DNA from: the human T2T-CHM13v2.0 reference genome, Homo sapiens
Assembly (NCBI RefSeq): GCF_009914755.1
Contig: NC_060940.1
Direction: 5' to 3' (one strand)
DNA: 64,000 bases
Positions 43,401 to 55,800 of the stretch are shown here, piece by piece. The notes under the pieces were generated by a model, which worked only from the letters and a program-made list of their open reading frames with translations, was not told the origin of the DNA and did no database searches. Position 1 is the first letter of the stretch. Each line of letters opens with the position of its first letter. A program made the translations under genes and the position numbers.

Positions 43401-46400
43401 TTCCATTTGAGTTCATTCGATGATTCTATTTGATTCTCTTCGATGGTGATTCAATTCTATTATATTGGATGATTCCATTCGATTCCATTTGATGTTGATT
43501 CAATTCGATTCTATTCGATGATGATTCCATTGGATTTCACTTGATGATTCTATTCGATTCCATTCAATGATGATTCACTTCTCGTCCATTGGATGATTCC
43601 ATTTCATTCCATTCGATGATGATTCCATTCGATTCCATTTGATGATTCCATTTGATTCCATGTGTCGGTGAGCAATTCGATTCAATTCCATGATGATTCT
43701 ATTTGATTCAATTAGATGATGTTTCCATTCGAATCCATTCCATGATTATTCCATTGGAATCCATTCGGCGATGATTCCATATGAGTCAATTCAATGATGA
43801 TTCCATATGGGTCCGTTCGATGATAATTCCATTTGATTTCATTCGGTGCTTCTATTCAATTCCAGTCGATGATGATTCCGTTGGAGTCCATACGATGATT
43901 CCATTTGATTTCATTTGATGATGATTCCATTCGATGATGATTACATTGGATTCCAGTCTATGATTCCATTCAATTCCATTCGTTGATGATTCGATTCCAT
44001 TCAATGATGATTCCATTTGAGTTCATTCGATGATTCTATTCGATTCCATTCGATGGTGATTCAATTCTCTTATATTGGATGAATCCACTCGATTCCATTT
44101 GATGATTATTCCATTGGAGTCCACTTAGTGAATCCTTCAGATTCTACTCGAAGATGATTCCATTCCAGTCCATTCGATGATACCATTCAATTCCATTCGT
44201 TGATGCTTCCATTCAAGTGCATTCGATGATATCATTCGATTCCATTTGATGATAATTCCATTTGATTCCATGCGATGATTCTATTCGATTCCATTCAATG
44301 ATAATTCCATTCAGTTCAGTGATTCCTCTGGACTCCATTTGATGATGATTCCATTCAATGATTCCATTCGATTCTATTCGAAAATGATTCCATTTGAATC
44401 CATTTGATGATGATTCCATTAGATTCCATTTGATGATTCCATTCGATTCCATGCGACGATGATTCCATTCGATTCCATTTGATGATTCCATTCTATTCTA
44501 TTCGATGATGATTCCATTCGATTCCATTCGATGATGATTGGATTTGATTCCATTTGATGATTTCATTTGATTCCATTCGTTAATGATTTCGATCAATTCC
44601 ATTCGATGATTCCATTCGATTCCATTCGATAATGATTACATCCGTGTCCATTCAATGATTCCATTTGAGCCTGTTCGATAATTCCATTTGATTCCAACCA
44701 ATGATTCCATTCATTTCCATTCAATGATTCCATTCGAGTCCATTTGATCATTCCGGTAGGGTCCATTCGATGTTGATTCCATTGGAGTGCATTCGATGAT
44801 TCCATTCGAGTCCATTTTAGGATTTGATTCGAGTCCTTTCGATGATTCCATTCGATTCCACTCGATGATGATTTCATTCGAGTCCATTCGACACTTCCAA
44901 TCGATTCCATTTGATGTTTCCATTCGATTCCAATTGATGATTCCATTCAATTCCATTCGATGATGATTCCGTACGATTCCATTCTGTGATGATTCCATGT
45001 GATTGCATTCAATGATGATTCCTTTCGATTGCATTCGATTATGATTCATTTCGTGTTCATTCTATGGTTCCACAGGTTTCCATTCGATGATGTTTCCATT
45101 CGTGTCCATTCCATTATTCCTTTCTATTCCATTTGAAGATGATTCCATTCGATTCCATTCATTGGTGATTCCACTCAATTCCATTCAATGATTCCATTCC
45201 ATTTCTTTCAACAATGATTCCATTAGTTTCTATTCGATGATCCACTTGATTCCATTTGACGATGATTCCATTCGTGTCCATTCGATGATTCCATTTGATT
45301 CCATATGATGATGATTCCATTCGATTCCATACGATGATGATTCCATTCGAGTCCATTCAATGGTGATTCCATTCAATTCCATTCGATGATTCCTTTCGAT
45401 TCCATTCAATGATGATGGCATTCGATTCCTTTCGATCATTCCCTTTGATTCCATTCAAAGGTGATTTCATTCAAGTCCATTCGATAATTGCATTCGATTC
45501 CATTCTATGATGATTCCATTCGAGTCCATTCGATGATTCCATTCGAGTCCATTTAATGATTCCATTGGGTTCAATTCAATGATGATTACATTGGATTCCG
45601 TTCTATGATTCCATTCAATTCCGTTCATTGACAATTTGATTCCATTCGATGATGATTCCATTTGAGTTCATTCGATGATTCTATTTGATTCTCTTCGATG
45701 GTGATTCAATTCTATTATATTGGATGATTCCATTCGATTCCATTTGATGTTGATTCAATTCGATTCTATTCGATGATGATTCCATTGGATTTCACTTGAT
45801 GATTCTATTCGATTCCATTCAATGATGATTCACTTCTCGTCCATTGGATGATTCCATTTCATTCCATTCGATGATGATTCCATTCGATTCCATTCGATGA
45901 TTCCATTTGATTCCATGCGTCGGTGAGCAATTCGATTCAATTCCATGATGATTCTATTTGATTCAATTAGATGATGTTTCCATTCGAATCCATTCCATGA
46001 TTATTCCATTGGAATCCATTCGGCGATGATTCCATATGAGTCAATTCAATGATGATTCCATATGGGTCCGTTCGATGATAATTCCATTTGATTTCATTCG
46101 GTGCTTCTATTCAATTCCAGTCGATGATGATTCCGTTGGAGTCCATACGATGATTCCATTTGATTTCATTTGATGATGATTCCATTCGATGATGATTACA
46201 TTGGATTCCATTCTATGATTCCATTCAATTCCATTCGTTGATGATTCGATTCCATTCAATGATGATTCCATTTGAGTTCATTCGATGATTCTATTCGATT
46301 CCGTTCGATGGTGATTCAATTCTCTTATATTGGATGAATCCACTCGATTCCATTTGATGATTATTCCATTGGAGTCCACTTAGTGAATCCTTCAGATTCT

Positions 46401-49400
46401 ACTCGAAGATGATTCCATTCCAGTCCATTCGATGATACCATTCAATTCCATTCGTTGATGCTTCCATTCAAGTGCATTCGATGATATCATTCGATTCCAT
46501 TTGATGATAATTCCATTTGATTCCATGCGATGATTCTATTCGATTCCATTCAATGATAATTCCATTCAGTTCAGTGATTCCTCTGGACTCCATTTGATGA
46601 TGATTCCATTCAATGATTCCATTCGATTCTATTCGAAAATGATTCCATTTGAATCCATTTGATGATGATTCCATTAGATTCCATTTGATGATTCCATTCG
46701 ATTCCATGCGACGATGATTCCATTCGATTCCATTTGATGATTCCATTCTATTCTATTCGATGATGATTCCATTCGATTCCATTCGATGATGATTGGATTT
46801 GATTCCATTTGATGATTTCATTTGATTCCATTCGTTAATGATTTCGATCAATTCCATTCGATGATTCCATTCGATTCCATTCGATAATGATTACATCCGT
46901 GTCCATTCAATGATTCCATTTGAGCCTGTTCGATAATTCCATTTGATTCCAACCAATGATTCCATTCATTTCCATTCAATGATTCCATTCGAGTCCATTT
47001 GATCATTCCGGTAGGGTCCATTCGATGTTGATTCCATTGGAGTGCATTCGATGATTCCATTCGAGTCCATTTTAGGATTTGATTCGAGTCCTTTCGATGA
47101 TTCCATTCGATTCCACTCGATGATGATTTCATTCGAGTCCATTCGACACTTCCAATCGATTCCATTTGATGTTTCCATTCGATTCCAATTGATGATTCCA
47201 TTCAATTCCATTCGATGATGATTCCGTACGATTCCATTCTGTGATGATTCCATGTGATTGCATTCAATGATGATTCCTTTCGATTGCATTCGATTATGAT
47301 TCATTTCGTGTTCATTCTATGGTTCCACAGGTTTCCATTCGATGATGTTTCCATTCGTGTCCATTCCATTATTCCTTTCTATTCCATTTGAAGATGATTC
47401 CATTCGATTCCATTCATTGGTGATTCCACTCAATTCCATTCAATGATTCCATTCCATTTCTTTCAACAATGATTCCATTAGTTTCTATTCGATGATCCAC
47501 TTGATTCCATTTGACGATGATTCCATTCGTGTCCATTCGATGATTCCATTTGATTCCATATGATGATGATTCCATTCGATTCCATACGATGATGATTCCA
47601 TTCGAGTCCATTCAATGGTGATTCCATTCAATTCCATTCGATGATTCCTTTCGATTCCATTCAATGATGATGGCATTCGATTCCTTTCGATCATTCCCTT
47701 TGATTCCATTCAAAGGTGATTTCATTCAAGTCCATTCGATAATTGCATTCGATTCCATTCTATGATGATTCCATTCGAGTCCATTCGATGATTCCATTCG
47801 AGTCCATTTAATGATTCCATTGGGTTCAATTCAATGATGATTACATTGGATTCCGTTCTATGATTCCATTCAATTCCGTTCATTGACAATTTGATTCCAT
47901 TCGATGATGATTCCATTTGAGTTCATTCGATGATTCTATTTGATTCTCTTCGATGGTGATTCAATTCTATTATATTGGATGATTCCATTCGATTCCATTT
48001 GATGTTGATTCAATTCGATTCTATTCGATGATGATTCCATTGGATTTCACTTGATGATTCTATTCGATTCCATTCAATGATGATTCACTTCTCGTCCATT
48101 GGATGATTCCATTTCATTCCATTCGATGATGATTCCATTCGATTCCATTTGATGATTCCATTTGATTCCATGTGTCGGTGAGCAATTCGATTCAATTCCA
48201 TGATGATTCTATTTGATTCAATTAGATGATGTTTCCATTCGAATCCATTCCATGATTATTCCATTGGAATCCATTCGGCGATGATTCCATATGAGTCAAT
48301 TCAATGATGATTCCATATGGGTCCGTTCGATGATAATTCCATTTGATTTCATTCGGTGCTTCTATTCAATTCCAGTCGATGATGATTCCGTTGGAGTCCA
48401 TACGATGATTCCATTTGATTTCATTTGATGATGATTCCATTCGATGATGATTACATTGGATTCCAGTCTATGATTCCATTCAATTCCATTCGTTGATGAT
48501 TCGATTCCATTCAATGATGATTCCATTTGAGTTCATTCGATGATTCTATTCGATTCCGTTCGATGGTGATTCAATTCTCTTATATTGGATGAATCCACTC
48601 GATTCCTTTTGATGATTATTCCATTGGAGTCCACTTAGTGAATCCTTCAGATTCTACTCGAAGATGATTCCATTCCAGTCCATTCGATGATACCATTCAA
48701 TTCCATTCGTTGATGCTTCCATTCAAGTGCATTCGATGATATCATTCGATTCCATTTGATGATAATTCCATTTGATTCCATGCGATGATTCTATTCGATT
48801 CCATTCAATGATAATTCCATTCAGTTCAGTGATTCCTCTGGACTCCATTTGATGATGATTCCATTCAATGATTCCATTCGATTCTATTCGAAAATGATTC
48901 CATTTGAATCCATTTGATGATGATTCCATTAGATTCCATTTGATGATTCCATTCGATTCCATGCGACGATGATTCCATTCGATTCCATTTGATGATTCCA
49001 TTCTATTCTATTCGATGATGATTCCATTCGATTCCATTCGATGATGATTGGATTTGATTCCATTTGATGATTTCATTTGATTCCATTCGTTAATGATTTT
49101 GATCAATTCCATTCGATGATTCCATTCGATTCCATTCGATAATGATTACATCCGTGTCCATTCAATGATTCCATTTGAGCCTGTTCGATAATTCCATTTG
49201 AGTCCAACCAATGATTCCATTCATTTCCATTCAATGATTCCATTCGAGTCCATTTGACCATTCCGGTAGGGTCCATTCGATGTTGATTCCATTGGAGTGC
49301 ATTCGATGATTCCATTCGAGTCCATTTTATGATTTGATTCGAGTCCTTTCGATGATTCCATTCGATTCCACTCAATGATGATTTCATTCGAGTCCATTCG

Positions 49401-50016
49401 ACACTTCCAATCGATTCCATTTGATGTTTCCATTCGAGTCCAATTGATGATTCCATTCAATTCCATTCGATGATGATTCCGTACGATTCCATTCTGTGAT
49501 GATTCCATGTGATTGCATTCAATGATGATTCCTTTAGATTGCATTCGATTGTGATTCATTTCGTCTTCATTCTATGGTTCCACAGGCTTCCATTCGATGA
49601 CGTTTCCATTCGTGTCCATTCCATTATTCCATTCTATTTCATTTGATGATGATTCCATTCGATTCCATTCATTGGTGATTCCACTCAATTCCATTCAATG
49701 ATTCCATTCCATTTCTTTCAACAATGATTCCATTAGTTTCTATTCGATGATCCACTTGATTCCATTTGGCGATGATTCCATTCGTGTCCATTCGATGATT
49801 CCATTTGATTCCATATGATGATGATTCCATTCGATTCCATACCATGATGATTCCATTCGAGTCCATTCAATGGTGATTCCATTCAATTCCATTCGATGAT
49901 TCCTTCCGATTCCATTCGATGATGATGGCATTCGATTCCTTTCAATCATTCCCTTTGATTCCATTCAAAGGTGATTTCATTCAAGTCCATTCGATAATTG
50001 CATTCGATTCCATTCT
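36487..50016 (+). repeat. Tandem array of six 2,255-bp HSat2 sub-units (starts 36487, 38742, 40997, 43252, 45507, 47762)
   Basis: Landmark ORFs at 37448, 39703, 41958, 44213, 46468 and 48723 are spaced exactly 2,255 bp. The novel junction recurs five times. Confidence 0.93.
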
Positions 50017-52808
50017 ATGATGATTCCATTCGAGTCCATTTGATGATTCCATTCAATTCAAGTCAATGATGATTCCATTCGATTCCACTCGATGATTCCA
50101 TTGGATTCCATTCGATGATGATTCCATTCAAATCCATTCGATAATTCAATTCAAGTCCATTCGATGATGATTCCAATCGAATCCATTCAAAGATTCCATT
50201 CAATTCCATTCGATGATGATTCCCTTAGATTCCATTCGATGATTCCACTTGATTCCATTTACGATGATTCCATTCGATTCCATGTGATGAATCCATTCAA
50301 TTCTATTCAATGATGTTTCCATTTGATTCCATTGGACCATGATTGCCTTTGATTCCATTCAATGATTCCATTCGGTTCCATTTGATGATGATTCCGTTCG
50401 ATTCCATTTCATTATTCCATTTGATTCCATTGGATGAGTCCATTCGATTACATTCGATGATTATTCCATTCGAGTGCATTAGATGATTGCATTCGAGTCC
50501 ATTCGATGATTCCATTCGATTCCATTCGATGTTGATTCTGTTCAAATCCATTCGATGATTCCACTCGATTCCATTCGATGACTCCATTTGATCCCATTCG
50601 ATGATTTCCTGTGATTCCCTTTGATGATCATTCTATTTGATTCAATTCGGTGATTTCATTTCATTCCATTCAGTGATGTTTCCATTCGACTGTATTCGAT
50701 GATGATTCCATTCGACTCCATTCGATTATGATTTCATTCAATTCCATTCAATAATGATTCCCTTCGAGTCCATTCGATGATTCCATTCGATTCCATTCAA
50801 CGATGATTTGATTCGTTTCCATTCGATGATTCCATTTGATTCCACTTGATGATGATTCCATTCGAGTCCATTTGATGATTCCATTCGAGTCTATTTATGT
50901 ATTATATTCGTGTCCACTTCATGATTCCATTCAATTCCATTTAATGTTGATTCCATTTGATTCCATTTGATGATTCAGTTCGATTCCTTGCAATGATTCC
51001 CTACGATTCCTTTCTATGATGATTCCATTCGATTCCATTCATTGATGATTTCATTCGACTCCATTCGATGATGATTCCTTTCGATTCCATTTGACGATGT
51101 TTCCATTCGAGTCCATTCGATGATGATTCTATTCAATTCTTTTCTATTATGATTCCATTCGATTTCATTCAATGCTTCTATTTGATTCCATTCGATGATG
51201 ATTCCATCTCTTTCCCTTCGATGATTCCATTTGATTCCATTCAGTGATGATTCCATTTGATTCCATCTGATGATGATTTCACTTGATTCCTTTCAATGAT
51301 GATTCAATTCAAGTCCATTCGATGATTCCATTGGAGTCCAAACGATCATTCCGTTCGATTCCATTCAATGGTGATTCCATTCATGTCCATTCGATGAATC
51401 CATTCAATTCCATTCGATGATGACTCCATTCGAGTACATTCGATGATTCCATTTGATTCCATTTGAAGATGATTCCATTCAATTCCATTCGAAGATGATT
51501 CCATTCAATTCCATTCGATGATGATTCCGTATGAATCCATTCTCTGATTATTCCATTCGATTCCATTCATTGACGATTCCATTCAATTCCATTCAATGAT
51601 GATTCTCTTCTATTCCATTCGATGATTCCGGTCGATTCCATTCGATGATGATTCCATTAGATTCCATTCGATTGTTGCATTCGATTCCCTTCGATGATGA
51701 TTCCTTTGAATTCCATTCGATTATCATTCCGTATGAATCCATTTGATGATTATTCCATTGGATTCCTTTCGATGATGATTCCATTCGATTCCATTTGATG
51801 ATGTTTCTCTTGTATTCCATTGGATAATTCCTTTCAGTTCCCTTCGATGATTATTCTTTCGAGTCAATTCGATGATTCTATTCCATTCCCTTCGATGATG
51901 ATTCCATTTCACTCCATTTGATGATTCCATTCGACTCAATTTGGTGATGATTCAATTCGATGACATTCGATGACTCCATTCAATTTCATTTGATGATGAT
52001 TACATTCGAGTCCATTTGATGATTGTATTCCTTTCCTTTTGATGATTATTCCATTCGTGTCTATTCAAAGGTTCCATTCTATTCCATTCAATGATGATTG
52101 CATTTGATTCCATTCAATGATTATGGCTATCGATTCCACTCGTTGATTCCATTTGATTCCGTTCGATGATTATTCCGTTAGATTCCATTAGAAGATTCCA
52201 TTCGATTTTATTCAATGATTCCAATGGATTCCATTCAATGATGATTCCATTCGACTCCATTCAGTGATTCCATTCGAGTCCATTTGATGATTCCATTCTT
52301 TTCCATTTGATGATGATTCCATTAGGGTCCATTCAATGATTCCATTCGAGTCCATTCGTTAATGCCTTTCGAGTCCTTTTGATCACTACATTCGAGTCCA
52401 TTCAATGATTCTATTCGATTCCATTCCATGATGATTCCATTCGAGTTCATTCGATGATTGCATTCGAGTCCATTTGATGATTCCATATGATTCCCTTCGA
52501 CAATGATTCCATTCGTGTCCATTTGATGATTCCATTCATTTCCTATCGATGAAGATTCCATTCAAGTGTATTCGATGATTCCATTCAAATCCATTCGATG
52601 ATGATTCCATTCCAGTCCATTCGATCATTCCACTTGATTCCATTTGATGACTATTCCATTCAAATCCATTTGATGATTCCATTCGATTCCATTCGATGTC
52701 ACCATTCGAGTATATACGATGATTCCACTCGATTCCATTTGATGATTATTCCATTGGAGTCCACTTAGTGAATCCTTTAGATTCTACTGGAAGATGATTC
52801 CATTCGAG
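48679..52808 (+). repeat. HSat2 unit type C, copy C3 (4,130 bp; its head overlaps the last 2,255-bp copy)
   Basis: Landmark spacing 48723 to 52853. The C-specific segment is at ~50887-52717. Confidence 0.85.
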
Positions 52809-55800
52809 TTCATTCGATGATACCATTCAATTCCATTCGTTGATGCTTCCATTCAAGTGCATTCGATGATATCATTCGATTCCATTTGATGATAATTCCA
52901 TTTGATTCCATGCGATGATTCTATTCGATTCCATTCAATAATAATTCCATTCAATTCAGTGATTCCTCTGGACTCCATTTGATGATGATTCCATTCAATG
53001 ATTCCTTTCGATTCTATTCGAAAATGATTCCATTTGAATCCATTCGATGATGATTCCATTCGATTCCTTTTGATGATTCCATTCTATTGTATTCGATGAT
53101 GATTCCATTCGATTCCATTCGATGATGATTGGATTCGATTCCATTTGATGATTTCATTTGATTCCATTCGATAATGATTTCGATCAATTCCATTCGATGA
53201 TTCCATTCGATTCCATTCGATAATGATTACATCCGAGTCCATTCGATGATTCCATTTGAGCCCGTTCGATAATTCCATTTGAGTCCAATCAATGATTCCA
53301 TTCATTTCCATTCAATGATTCCATTCGAGTCCATTTGATCATTCCGGTAGGGTCCGTTCGATGTTGATTCCATTGGAGTGCATTCGATGATTCCATTCGA
53401 GTCCATTTTAGGATTTGATTCGAGTCCTTTCGATGATTCCATTCGATTCCACTCGATGATTTCATTCGAGTCCATTCGACACTTCCAATCGATTCCATTT
53501 GATGATTCCATTCGAGTCCAATTGATGATTCCATTCAATTCCATTCGATGATGATTCCGTACGATTCCATTCTGTGATGATTCCATGTGATTGCATTCAA
53601 TGATGATTCCTTTCGATTGCATTCGATTATGATTCATTTCGTGTTCATTCTATGGTTCCACAGGTTTCCATTCGATGATGTTTCCATTCGTGTCCATTCC
53701 ATTATTCCATTCTATTCCATTTGAAGATGATTCCATTCGATTCCATTCATTGGTGATTCCACTCAATTCCATTCAATGATTCCATTCCATTTCTTTCAAC
53801 AATGATTCCATTAGTTTCTATTCGATGATCCACTTGATTCCATTTGACGATGATTCCATTCGTGTCCATTCGATGATTCCATTTGATTCCATATGATGAT
53901 GATTCCATTCGATTCCATACGATGATGATTCCATTCGAGTCCATTCAATGGTGATTCCATTCAATTCCATTCGATGATTCCTTTCGATTCCATTCAATGA
54001 TGATGGCATTCGATTCCTTTCGATCATTCCCTTTGATTCCATTCAAAGGTGATTTCATTCAAGTCCATTCGATAATTGCATTCGATTCCATTCTATGATG
54101 ATTCCATTCGAGTCCATTTGATGATTCCATTCAATTCAAGTCAATGATGATTCCATTCGATTCCACTCGATGATTCCATTGGATTCCATTCGATGATGAT
54201 TCCATTCAAATCCATTCGATAATTCAATTCAAGTCCATTCGATGATGATTCCAATCGAATCCATTCAAAGATTCCACTCAATTCCATTCGATGATGATTC
54301 CCTTAGATTCCATTCGATGATTCCACTTGATTCCATTTACGATGATTCCATTCGATTCCATGTGATGATTCCATTCAATTCTATTCAATGATGTTTCCAC
54401 TTGATTCCATTCGAACATGATTGCCTTTGATTCCATTCAATGATTCCATACGGTTCCATTTGATGATGATTCCATTGGAGTGCATTAGATGATTCCATCC
54501 GAGTCCATTTGATGATTCCATTCGATTCCATTCGATGTTGATTCTGTTCAAATCCATTCGATGATTCCACTCGATTCCATTCGATGACTCCATTTGATCC
54601 CATTCGATGATTTCCTTTGATTCCCTTTGATGATCATTCCATTTGATTCAATTCGGTGATTTCATTTGATTCCATTCAGTGATGTTTCCATTCAACTCCT
54701 TTCGATGATGATTCCATTCGACTCCATTCGATTATGACTTCATTCAATTCCATTCGATAATGATTCCCTTCAAGTCCATTCGATGATTCCATTCGATTCC
54801 ATTCAACGATGATTTGATTCGTGTCCATTCGATGATTCCATTTGATTCCATTTGATGATGATTCCATTCGAGTCCCTTTGATGATTCCATTCAATTCCAT
54901 TCTCCGATGATTTCTTTTGAGCCCATTCAATGCTTCCACTCGATTCCATATGATGATGACTCCATTTGATGAAATTCCATGATGATTCCATTCGCTTGCA
55001 TTCGATGATGATTCCACTTGAGTCCGTTAGAAGATTCTATTCAATTACATTCCATGACGATTCTGTTCGAGTCCATTTGATGATTCCATTAGACTCCATT
55101 CGACGATGATTCCATTCGATGTTATTCGATGATGATTCCATTCAACTCCATTCGATGTTTCCATTCGAGGTCATTCTATTATTCCATTAGATTCCATTCG
55201 ATGATGATTCCATTCGATTCCATTTGATGATTGCATTCTATTTCATTTGATGATGATTCCATTCGAGTCCATTCGATGATTCCATTCGAGTCTATTTAAT
55301 GAATCCATTGGTTTCAATTCTATGATGATTACATTGGATTCCATTCGTTGATGATTTCATTCGATTCCATTCAATGATGATTCCATTCAATTCCATTCAA
55401 TGATTCCATTCAATTCCATACGATGATGATTCCATTTGATTTGATTCGACAGTGAGCCATTCGATTCAATTCCATGATGATTCTATTTTATTCAATTGGT
55501 TGACATTTCCATTCGATTCCATTCGATGATGATTCCCTTTGATTCCATTCAAAGCTGATTCCATTCTAGCCCATTCAATCATTCCATTCGATTCTATTCA
55601 ATGATGATTCCATTCATGTCGATTTGGTGATTCCATTTGACTTCATTTGATGATGATTCTTGTCAAGTTCATTTGATGATTCCATTCGATTCCATTTGAT
55701 GATGATCCCATTCGAGTCCATTTGATGATTCCACTCGTTTCCATTCCATGATGATTCCATTCCATTCCATTCAATGATTCCATTCGATTCCGTTTGATGA

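Noticed and set aside
36487-50016. 2,255-bp array as a pure assembly artefact
   Set aside because: The copies carry private and pairwise-shared variants in a structured pattern, which makes an artefact unlikely. It cannot be fully excluded without reads.
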